In this document: piece by piece, positions 38,484-51,156 of the stretch
Layout of the letters: every line of letters starts with the position of its first letter
Numbering within the stretch: the stretch's first letter is position 1
Origin: Octopus sinensis
Taxonomy: Eukaryota
NCBI RefSeq assembly: GCF_006345805.1
Contig: NC_043004.1
Span: 101,618,001-101,682,000, forward strand
Direction of reading: 5' to 3'
DNA: 64,000 bases
Notes under the pieces: generated by a model
The model's input: only the letters and a program-made list of their open reading frames with translations
Database searches by the model: none
Told to the model about the DNA's origin: nothing
Program-made: the position numbers and the translations under genes

Positions 38484-41400
38484 TACAACGGGCTTCTTTC
38501 AGTTTCCGTCTACCAAATCCACTCACAAGGCTTTGGTCGGCCCGAGACTATAGTAGAAGACACTTGCCCAAGGTGTCACGCAGTGGGACTGAACCCGGAA
38601 CCATGTGGTTGGTAAGCAAGCTACTTACCACACAGCCACTCCTGCGCCTATCTAATGCTAGGTGAAATAAACATCAGAGATGCTTTGATCCCTGCAGAAA
38701 ATGCTGGAGTCACTCAGATATTTTGCAAGCTCTTCTAAATCCAACAGTGGGTTTCCAGCATTGCAATAGATTTAGAAGTGCTTACAACACCGAGTAGCTC
38801 CTGCAGTTTCTGCATGGAACAAAGCAGCTCTGATGTTTATTTCATCTTTGATTATCTAATGTTATCATCATCATCATCCTTTAACGTCCATCTTCCATGA
38901 ATACATGGGTAGGACAGTTCATAGGAGCTGGCCAGGTAGAAAAACTACCCTGTGCTACTCTGTCTGATTGGGCAGAGATTTTACGGCCGGATGCCCTTCC
39001 TAACACCATTCATTCTGCAGAGTGCATTTAATCATCATCATCATCATCGTTTAACGTCCATTTTCCTTGCTAGCATGGGTTGGCCGGTTCGACCGGGGAT
39101 CTGGGAAGCCAGAAGGCTGCACCAGGCTCCAGTCTTATCTGGCAGTGTTTCTACAGCTGGATGCCCTTCCTAATGCCAACCACTCCGTGAGTGTAGTGGG
39201 TGCTTTTTACGTGCCACCTGCACAGGTGCCAGGCAAGGCTGGCAACGGCCACGGTCGGATTGGTGCATTTTACGTGCCACCGACACGGAAGCCAGTCGAG
39301 GTGGCACTGGCATCGGCCACGATTCGGATAGTGCTTTTACGTACCACCAGTCCAGGGGTCCTGGCATCTGCCAGGTGCCAGTCATAGGATTGGTTCAATT
39401 TCGATTCCGATTTCGATTTCACTTGCCCAACAGGTCTTCGCAAGCAAGGGCTTATGATTTTTTAAATAGCACTAGCACAGCTGAGGTTAGTTTTGACATA
39501 GCTGGATGCCCTTCCAAATGCCAACCACTTTACAGAGTGGACTGGATGCTTTTTACATGGCACCAGCACTATATGTATGTGTGTGTGTGCTCAATATTTT
39601 TCAGATGTTATCACTACCATTGTATTCAAGATAATTACTCTTTATATCAGTGGTTCCCAAACTTTTTATGGCTGCTACGCCCTTAGCTCCCAGGCTACAT
39701 TCCTAGCCCCCATCCCATCCTGGCCAAAATAGATCACTTTCTACTGCAAATGCAAAACAACTGTATTTCACTTATAAAACTTAACCTAATTTACCCATTA
39801 TTTTGGGTTTTTTACATGCATTACTCCCTTTTGGCCACACCAGTTTTTGCCCCACTTTGCTTCAATGCTCACTGGATGCTCCCACCGCCTGCAAGGGGGC
39901 AGTACCATCCAGTTTGAGAACCACTGCTTTATATTAATATTTTGAATTCAAGTATTTCTTATTTATTTGACCCTTTAGGTGCTCTCAAGGAGATACGTCC
40001 CCCAAATTGGTGTCTGACGGAAGATTACCAGAATTATCTCCTGAAGCCCTCAGATGATTTGACATGGATACCTGACCAAGAATATTACATTCGCCTTGTT
40101 GGACGTCTTGTTAATAGTATCCTTTCAGATCTTCAGTTAACAGAGAATAGTTGAACATGAGTTTTACAGCCTCTTAATTCTTTTGATACCAACCTACTTG
40201 TGTGAGATTGTCCCTAGTTCCATGATACCAACTCACTTGAGTAAGACTGACCCTGGCTCCTTGATACTAAGCCACCTGATAGTTCTGATCAAATGATACT
40301 GACCTGTCTGAGTGAGATTACACCAGATCCCAAATACCAACCCATCTCAATCAAACTATCTCTTGTTTCTTGGTATCAACCCAATTGTGTGAAACCCCTT
40401 CTGTCCCCATAATATCAGTTCATTTGAAACTACATGTTAGAGTGTTCATCTTCTAATTACATTTTTGATCAAACTTTTATTACTACATGAATAATGAATC
40501 ATTATGTAATATTTCATTCGGTAAGTTGTTTTTTGTGTTCTAAACACTGGCTTGACCGATCATTAAATGAGAAGGTTATAGTTATTTTGTTCAACTTCTG
40601 GGGTTGATCTAATCAACTGGCCCCCTCCACCAAAATTTCGGGCTTTCTGTCTAGAGTAAAAAAGAATAATAATTTTCATTTTATATTGGTAATACATGTA
40701 ACCTACATGCACCAGTCATTATGCACAGTTAATATGACTGTAAATCCTGTTGTCAATAGGTTAATCTTGCTTATCAGTTTGGTGAGCCTAATATATTTGA
40801 CTGCTGCAATGTTATTAGGATTGACTGGCTCATCTAATGCTTCAGTATTTAATTCATTTTAAAAGATATTGGTGTATCTCAGGCAACATGGTTGTGGTCT
40901 AGTACAAAGAGATAACAGGTTGATGTCACAGTAGGTTGGTGAGAGGGGGTGCTATGCTAAGAGAAGTAAAGCTGAGCTTGGAGGAGAGAATGAACAGGTA
41001 GAAGGAGTCAGGTGATACTTGGTGGGTTAGCAGTTTAATCAATGGGGAAACCAAAGGGTAAGAGTGTAAGATGGTAGAATTGAACAATGTTGTTGCCACT
41101 GCTGCTGCTGCTGTTGTTGCTGCTACCATTGTTGTTGGTGGTGGTCTTCTTGTGGTGTCTTGGTGTTTGTGTGTTACACACTTTCTCACACACTTCCTCT
41201 ATGAACCTGGGTCTGTATCTTCTACTGTACAGCATCCTGAGGCGCAATGGCCCTGTGGTTAGGGCAGCGAACTCGCGGTCATAGGATCGCGGTTTCGATT
41301 CCCAGACCGGGCGTTGTGAGTGTTTATTGAGCGAAAACACCTAAAAGCTCCACGAGTCTCCGGCAGGGGATGGTGGTGATCCCTGCTGTACTCTTTCACC

Positions 41401-44400
41401 ACAACTTTCTCTCACTCTTACTTCCTGTTTCTGTTGTACCTGTATTTCAAAGGGCCGGCCTTGTCAGTCTCTGTGTCACACTGAATATCCCTGAGAACTA
41501 CTTTAAGGGTGCACGTGTCTGTGGAGTGCTCAGCCACTTACACGTTAATTTCACGAGCAGGCTGTTCCATTGATTCGGATCAACCGGAACCCTCGTCGTC
41601 GTAACCGACGGAGTGCTTCCATCCACAGCATCCTGATGAAATCCGTCCTCACGTCATCTTTTACATCATCTTTGTCACATCTATTTATGCGGCTGTTGAG
41701 CTCATTAAGAGCTACGTTTATTTTTCAGCATCTGTGGGTATGCTGAATCCGAACGGAGGGAGATGTCTTTCTTCGCCTCTTTCTCGAAGAAGCGGATTGT
41801 GGCATGTCTCCATGTGAAGGATACGTTGAAGTCCAAGAGGTTCAGTGAGCCATTTGCAGCTGGGTGTTCAATTTCGAATTGGATGTTGTGGTGGAGGTTG
41901 TTAAAGACATTATGGATCCTGGAGTGATCTCAGGTGGCTGGTATCAAAAATGTTAATATGTTTTCAATAGGACATTAAATTTCACAGTTTATAAACACTC
42001 GGATATTCAGCATCTTTTATCATTTACCTTTTAGACCACAGCCATGCTGAGGCAAAGCCTTGAACGAGTTAGTTGAAACAATATATCCCAGTAGTATATC
42101 TATTTCTTTATTACCCACAAGGGGCTAAACACAGAGGGGACAAACAAGGACAGACATAGATATTAAGTCGATTACATCAACCCCAGTGTGTAACTGGTAC
42201 TTATTTAATCGACCCCGAAGGGATGAAAAGCAAAGTCGACCTTGGCGGAATTTGAACTCAGAACGTAGCGGCAGACGAAATACCGTCCAGCATTTCGCCC
42301 GGCGTGCAAACAGTTCTGCCAGCTCACCGCCAGTAGTATATCGTTTAATAGGACAGTGTATAGACACAGGGATGTTTATTATTAGACTGTGCCAACAAAT
42401 CGTATGTTGTTTGTTTCTTTCCTTAAGCTAGCATCAGCTATCTCTGATGTTTCTCCATCACCATTCCCTTGCTGTGACTGGCGCTTCAATGAATTCCCAA
42501 ACCCTGCTGCTCATGCTTTACATGTCACCTGCATTGAGATAATGGCATTACCAATTCCAAGTCAGATAGCAAGTGCTGCCCTCCTTGATGTTATTCTCAC
42601 CAGGTAATTTTTTCCTTCCTTCCATATTCACATATCATCACCATTTTAATGTGGCTCTTTTTTGTGCTTGCATGGGTCAGACAGAATTTATTAAAGCAGA
42701 TTGTCTACAGCCAGATACTTTTCCTGTCACCAACCCTTATCTGTTTCCCAGTGTACATTTGCATATGTATGTACATGCATACTATATACATACATATGTG
42801 AGGCGCAATGGCCCAATGGTTAGGGCAGTGGACTCGCGGTCATAGGATCGTGGTTTCGATTCCCAGACCGGGCGTTGTGAGTGTTTATTGAGAGGAAACA
42901 CCTAAAGCTCCATGAGGCTCCAGCAGGGGATGGTGGTGATCCCTGCTGTACTCTTTCACCACAACTTTCTCTCACTCTTACTTCCTGTTTCTGTTGTACC
43001 TGTATTTCAAAGGGCCGGCCTTGTCACTCTCTGTGTCACGCTGAATCTCCCCGAGAACTACGTTAAGGGTACACGTGTCTGTGGAGTGCTCAGCCACTTA
43101 CACGTTAATTTCACGAGCAGGCTGTTCCGTTGATTCGGATCAACCGGAAACCTCGTCGTCGTAACCGACAGAGTGCTTCCATCCCATATAGGAGACTATT
43201 GGAAAATACAGGGTGGACCAAAATGATCCGACACATTTGGAGGCTTAATAAAAGCACAAAATAAGAAATCATGAAAAGAAAAATTTTATTTTCTGAATGT
43301 ACATATAATGCCATTTTATTTCATTAAGTTTTAAAAATTAAATCAGCTAAATGCTTCCCATCATTGTCAACACACTGTTGGAGACGTTCATGAAAGTTAT
43401 CGATAACTCTTTGGATCATTTCTTCTGGAATGGTTGCTATTTCTACACAAATTGCCCGTTTTAATTCATCAATAGATCGAAGGCGATGACTGAATACTTT
43501 TGATTTTAAATATCCCCACAAGAAGAAATCACATTTCACCATTCCAGAAGAAATGATCCACAGAGTTATCGATAACTTTAATGAACATCTCCAACAGTGT
43601 GTTGACAATGATGGGAAGCATTTAGCTGATTTAATTTTTAAAACTTAATGAAGTAAAATGGCATTATAGGTAGATTCAGAAAACAAAATTTTTATTTTCA
43701 TTATTTCTTATTTTGTGCTTTTATTAAGTCCCCAAATGTGTCAGATCATTTTGGTCCACCCTCATCATCATCATCGTTTAACGTCCGTTCTCCATGCTAG
43801 CATGGGTTGGACGGTTCGACCGGGGATCTGGGAAGCCAGAAGGCTGCACCAGGCTCCAGTCTTATCTGGCAATGTTTCTACAGCTGGATGCCCTTCCTAA
43901 CGCCAACCACTCCGTGAGTGTAGTGGGTGTATATATTAATCAAGAGTTGTGAATTTAGAAGCATGAAAGATGAAGTTTGTTTTCAAGGAATGTCTGTCAC
44001 TGTAATGTCTTTTAATGTTTCCTGTTTCAGCTGCACCAGAGTTCCAAGAGAAAAAGTAATGAGTTGGATGAATGCTGTTGCCCTCATACTCACCTCGTTA
44101 CCGGTAAGAAATGAAGTTGTAGAGACTTCTTTTTTTCCTGTTTTTTTGCAAGTTTTACCACTAATACCACCACCACCATCATCATCATGACCTACTGTTA
44201 TTCTTATCATCTGCCTGTTTCACTCAATTTTGTTTTAATTATGTTTATAATAATGATGATGTTTAACATGTTAAGTACCTAGGTATTTAACAATACTAAT
44301 TTTTGATATAAGCTCTAGATGATAAATTCGGTGGATGAGTGTCTAGTGCTCTACCAATTCTGTCAGTATTGATAATAATGAAGGTAATAATGATATCAAT

Positions 44401-46594
44401 AACTATAGTAGTAGTAGTAGTAGTAGTAGTAGTAATAGTAGTAGTAGTAATGATTTCAAATTTTGGCCCAAGGCCAGCAATTTTGGGGGAAGGGCTAAGT
44501 TGATTAAATTGACCCCCAACTGCTACTTATTTTATCAATCCCGAAAGGCTGAAAGGTAAATTTGACCCTGCATCCAGCTGTAGAAACTCTGCCAAATCAA
44601 GATTGGACCCTGGTGCAGCCATCTGGTTCGCCAGCCCTCAGTCAAAATCGTCCAACCCATGCTAGCATGGAAAGTGGATGTTAAACGATGATGATGATGA
44701 TGATGAATAATGATATTAATAATAAAGGTTTCAAATTTTGGCATGAAGCCAACAGTTTTGTGTAGAGGATGGTTAGTCAATTACATCAGCCCACAGTACT
44801 TGATTACTCTCTTACTCTTTTAGTTGTTTCAGTCATTTGACTGTGGCCATGCTGGAGCACCGCCTTTAATCGAGCAACTCGACCCCGGGACTTATTCTTT
44901 GTAAGCCCAGTACTTATTCTATCGGTCTCTTTTTGCCGAACTGCTAAGTGACGGGGACGTAAACACACCAGCATCAGTTGTCAAGCAATGCTAGGGGGAC
45001 AAACACAGACACACAAACATATACACACACATTTATATATATATACATATATACGACAGGCTTCTTTCAGTTTCCGTCTACCAAATTCACTCACAAGGCA
45101 TTGGTCGGCCCGGGGCTATAGCAGAAGACACTTGCCCAAGATGCCACGTAGTGGGACTGAACCCGGAACCATGTGGTTGGTTAGCAAGCTACTTACCACA
45201 CATCCACTCCTGCGCCTATACATTATTTTTCCACTGCGAAGGGATGAAAGACAAAGTGGGATTTGAACTCAATGTGAAACTAAAAGAAATGCTGCTAATC
45301 ATTTTGACTGACAATTCTGCCACCTCACCACCTTAATAATGATAATTAATCCTTTCTGCAATAAGCACAAAACCTGAAATTTTGAAAGAGAGAGCAAATC
45401 GATTAAATCAAACCTAGTACTTGACTGGTACTTTATTTTATCAATCCCGAAAGGATGAAAGGCAAAAATCAACTTTTATAGCATCTGAACTCTGAATGTA
45501 AAGCTGGAAGAAATGGCACTGAGCATTTTGTCTGACATGCTGCTGCTGCTGCTGGTGGTGGTGTAGTAGTAGTAGTAGTAGTAGTACCCGGCAGTGGCTC
45601 TCTGGCTTCTGATCTTAACTGATTGGAAGTGTTATCACGTACATTGTTTTGTCTTAGTATAAAAGATGGGCTACAGCAAATATTCTGCTCAGTACCACAG
45701 ATTTGCTTGTCAGTTGTTTGACCGTAACCAGTTGAGCATGTCCCTTAGTGGCTGATATGTCCATCTCTGATCACAAGCAGAAGAAGTGGGGGAGCATCAT
45801 AGTCAAGTGTTGAAGGAACTGTTTGGGATTTGAATAATTCACCTCTGGAAACATGGGTGTTGGTTCAATCTCCTTAAATAACCCTTATTCAAGAACCTTT
45901 GAATGTGATAGGCTACTTGACCCCAAGAAAATTCTAACTGGGCCCCACCTTCAAGGTCATGCGCTGTTTATATTGATATGAGATCACCATGTTGCTCACA
46001 TATGGTTGTGATGGGTATACTGGGCTTCGTATATTTTACCCCAGTGTCACTTTGATGGCCTGCACTGCTCTCTCACTCAATAATAATAATAATAATAATA
46101 TTAATAATAATAACAACAATAATAATAATAATAATCTTCATTTTACTTTGTTTCAGGAACATTACTTCTCTGTTCTCAATGACAAGATAGTGGAACAGAT
46201 GTGCAGCCCACTGCTGTCCAGTTCAAACAGTCGATGCGACCCATTCCAGTTGTTCAACTTCAAGGCCAGCCATCAGGTGTATGCAGAGCAGTACTGCAGC
46301 TATTTGCTGTCTCTGGTGCATGCCTGCTGGCACCATGCCTGTATCGGTCAGCTCAGTCAGATCCCTGCGTGAGTACGAGGAAATGTTTTCATGCTCGTCT
46401 TTGGAATACACACACGTGCATGGAATCATTCACACACACTCCATTTCTCTCTCTCTCTCTCTCTCCCCCCTCCCTCCCTCCTCCGAGGTATAACATCTCG
46501 TACTGTTCACATTTCCCATCACACAAACATGCATATGTCTTTCTTCCATGGTACCTATACACACGCACACATACCTTTCTCCTAAGGCACACAC

Positions 46595-46642
<48 letters not shown>

Positions 46643-47027
46643 TTCTCCCTCTTGTAATTTATGCATACACGCATGCACACATTTACACACAGACACATCT
46701 TCACACACATACATGCACAGTTGAGCTCTTTTACTTGTTTCAGTCATTTGACTGCGGCCATGCTGGAGCACCACCTTTAGTCGAGAAAATTGATCCCAGG
46801 ACTTATTCTTTGTAAGCACAGTACTCTCTGTATGCATAGATATGATGTAAACACATTGCATATACAATATCTTCATGAAAAATAAAACAAGAAACAGCTG
46901 AACTGGTTTCTATTCTTGTATATGTATTTTATTAGCAATTATGTACACTCTTTAACTGTTCATGAACTTAATGTTTATAAACCCACTATTACTAATGTCT
47001 AATGTAAATTGGGCTGACCAGTTTGTG

Positions 47028-47062
<35 letters not shown>

Positions 47063-47069
47063 ATATATA

Positions 47070-47104
<35 letters not shown>

Positions 47105-49548
47105 CCGGAGTAAACACATAAATGTGAAACAAGGTGGAAAAAAGAGTACTCAAATACCAGTGGTAGAGTAATATACTTTATTTAAAGCAGCAGAAAATTC
47201 CACAAAACCTGACACTCTGAGTTTCGCGTTGCTGTTCGTCGGACAGTTTTTGCTAGAAAAAACTGTCCGACGAACGGCAATGCGAAACTCAGAGTGACGG
47301 GTTTTGTGGAATTTTCTGCTGCTTTAAATAAAGTATATATATGTATATATTGTTTTCTTGGGAACTTGTTCCAGTAATAAATTATTTGTATACTAACAGT
47401 GTTGTTTCATTGTTATACACTGTTGTTAATTCTCATACCATACTCTTTATCTTTTGCCACACCCCTTTTTTTTTTTCTATCTCCTCTCATTACTCTCCTT
47501 TCTGTCTTCCATTCCATGTCTTTCCTCTTCCCTCTTCTCCTGATCTCCGCCACCTTCTCCAATACTGTAGTCTCTGAGTCCAGCCCAAACCATTACCTAA
47601 TCATTAATTTGGTCACCAGAATTACCAATCTAAGCATTGTCTTCAAATTCTACAGGTTTGTTCGTGATAAACTGAAGCCCATCATTCGGACTGAAGAGCA
47701 GTTTATCTTCTTATGTCACCTCATTGGACCATTTCTACAGAGGTTCCATGCTGAAAGAACTCGCTGCCTTATTGAAGTAAGATTATTATTTTTTTTTTTT
47801 TCACTTAGGGACGAAATATAGGAGGAAATATTAATGTTTCTTGACTTCTTTATTATTTTTGATGTGTTTTTATTTAGGGGGCAAAGACTGAGCAGAGACA
47901 GTGAATTATTACACAACTATTCAAGACAGTTTGAAGGGGAAACTATTTCACATATATTTGGGACATTTCAGGGAGGGGATACTGATTCACAGGTATTGGA
48001 AGATGGGGCCTATTTTAAGACATTGTAGACAAAGCATAGAGGGTAACTATTTCATGGGGGATTATTTTGTGGTGTTCATTCTTTCCAGTTTATGGTCCTT
48101 ATTTTTAATATTTTGAGGATGGTTGGGGTTTTTCAGTAGATATCTGCCTTCAGGGTGTTTTTATGTGGTCTATTAACCCTTTCGTTACCAACCCGGCTGA
48201 AACCGGCTCTGGCTCTGTAGTACAAATGCCTTGTTTTCATAAGTTTTGAATTAAAATCTTTGACCAAACCTTAGTCCCAACTTATGTTCCTAACACTAAC
48301 TTAATGATAACTAAATTATTTTACTAAATTTTTTGTTATATTTAAAATAATTGGAAGAAACACAGAGCATTTCAAAATAAATACGATAACGAAAGGGTTA
48401 ACCTGCTAGACTGAAATGCCATATTTGGAGGAAGATAACTCACTTATATCAATTCTAGTGCTCGACTAGTTATTTTCCCTGCCAACTCAGGAGGTATGAA
48501 AAACAATAAAAATACTTCTCTTCATCCCACTCCCATTTAAACATTCAATACAACTCACTTTATCCTTTTAATCGGAAGTGCAGACTTCAAAAAAGATTAC
48601 TAGCAAAATACCTTTCTTTCATATTGCTATTGTACGCAAGTTGTCTTGAAGAGATTTGGCAGCTCTTGCTCAGCAAACTGAACAGTTATTCAAGGCATGT
48701 CATCTTGATTAATAGATAGATTAAAGAGGAGGAGGAGGAGGGGGATTGTTGTGCTGTTAATTTGGTTTCCATGTTTATCATCATCATCATCGTTTAACGT
48801 CCGTTTTCCGCGCTAGCATGGGTTGGACGGTTCGACCGGGGTCTGGGAAGCCAGGGCCTGCACCAGGCTCCAGTCTGATCTGGCAGAGTTTCTAAAGCTG
48901 GATGCCCTTCCTAATGCCAACCACTCCGCGAGTGTAGTGGGTGCTTTTTACGTGCCACCTGCACAGGTGCCAGAGGGGTCCGGCATCGGCCGCGATCGGT
49001 TGGAGCTTTTAACGTGCCACCGGCACGGAAGCCAGCCAAGGCGGCGCTGGCAACGGCCACGTTCGGATGGTGCTTTTTATGTGCCCACTGGCACAGAAGC
49101 CAGTCGGGGCGGCGCTGGCATCGGCCATTTTTGTGGTCAATTTTTCGTTGGAGCAGTTATTTTTGCTCTAATTGATTGTGAAGTAAGAGTAGAAACTAAC
49201 TTTCTGTTTTCACTTTTCTGTCAGTCAAATGATTAAACAAATTGAAGTTCACAGCATTAAATAAGTTTGTGTTGGGAAGAGAGGGTAATGCTGTTACATG
49301 CAGGGACTTCCATTGAAGAGTAAAAGAGCTAAGATTAATAACAGACTGTTTTTTCTTTTACTTGTTTCTGTCATTTGACTGCGGCCATGCTGGAGCACCG
49401 CCTTTAGTCGAGAAAATCGAGCCAGAACTTATTCTTTGTAATCCTAGTACTTATTCTATCGGTCTATTTTGTCGAACCACTAAGTTACGGGGACATAAAC
49501 ACACCAGGTTGTCAAGCGATGCTGGGGGGGACAAACACAGACATGCAA

Positions 49549-49589
<41 letters not shown>

Positions 49590-49903
49590 CACACATACGA
49601 TGGGCTTCTTTCAGTTTCCGTCTACCAAATCCACTCACAAGGCTTTGGTCGGCCTGAAGCTATAGTAGAAGACACTTGCCCAAGATGCCACACAATGGGA
49701 CTGAACCCAGAATCATGTGGTTGGTAAGCAAGCTACTTACCACACAGCCACTCCTGCACCTACAGGTTCTACAGGATCATACACAAACTAATTTTTTGAG
49801 ATACTAACTAGATTTTAACAACACAGACCATCACTAGTTCTTGTGACTTCAGTGTTTTTCATTGTTAGTTAAGCAAAGTGATTTGCATGTACGCAAGTGC
49901 ATT

Positions 49904-49946
<43 letters not shown>

Positions 49947-50745
49947 GTACAGTTGTGGAAATCAGCTGCCCAGTGGATGTTAACATAGAGCTAAAAATGA
50001 GCAAAAAAGAGAATACCTATGCTGGACTACTGAGAAATCTGCATCCAGATTAGAAGTTCAGGTTTATACCTGTAATTATTGGGGCCCTGGGATATCTAAC
50101 GCACTGCCTAAATACCAATCTTGATAAATTAAGCTTCTCAAAACCAGAAAGGAGAAAGCTAATTCAAAGACTACAGATCCAAGCCATCACTGGAACTGTA
50201 AAAATCTGTAAAACTTTTCAGAAGTTTATAATTTAAGTGTATATGAGCATGTATCTAGATATGCTACTATCATCATCGTTTAACGTCCGTTTTCCATGCT
50301 AGCATGGGTTGGATATGGTGTGATATGAACATTTAACGTGGTTTTTAGAGTCAGCGATTTGACTGCTATTTCGGCATGGTGGTGTCTCTCAGACACCCTT
50401 GTTTTTAGTCGTATATATATGCATGAAAATACAGACATAAAACAAAACATAAGAATTTGCATGTCTACATTCATACAAAGTTACCCTATTGATGTTGTTG
50501 AAATTCCATTGAAGGAGTCTTGAATTTAGGTTAGAAATCGGCTTTTGTTGGCAAGAAACCTTGAAATAAAACTGAATAATGACATACATACACACACCTG
50601 TTTGTTGTCTACACCACCTGCCTTCGTCTTTTGTTTTTTGTGGATTCTCCCCTTCTATACGAAAAATATATAGTCTAACGACTAATTCGTCTTTTGTGCT
50701 AGGCCACTGGTAATAATAATTCATTTTATTACCCTATTTGATTAT

Positions 50746-50799
<54 letters not shown>

Positions 50800-51123
50800 G
50801 CCTTGTACATACGTGCATATGTATGTATGTATGTATGGGCGTTCGTATATGTAAGTATAATGTTTGTTCTGCATATATGTATTTGTATTTATGTGCTCTG
50901 ATATATTTAACTGATATATTCAACTGATGACGGCAAAGCTTATTTAAAGCAAAGCTAGAAATCCAGGATCCTGAATTATTCAGTAATATCTTTTTGCTAG
51001 TCTATTTTGCCCCTCTGTCTTATCTCATGGTGTGATATGAACATTTAACGTGGTTTTTAGAGTCAGGGATTTGACTGCTATTTCGGCATGGTGGTGTCTC
51101 TCAGACACCCTTATTTTTAGTTG

Positions 51124-51156
<33 letters not shown>

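Noticed and set aside
42428-42437. Acceptor at 42431 or 42427 for exon w19
   Set aside because: Both are too close to the U12 branch site. 42427 is out of frame, and 42437 matches the recalled ortholog length.
50925-50970. CTGATGA...GAAA hammerhead candidate
   Set aside because: The closing pair of stem II is wrong (C/A), and no stem III or cleavage triplet could be formed.
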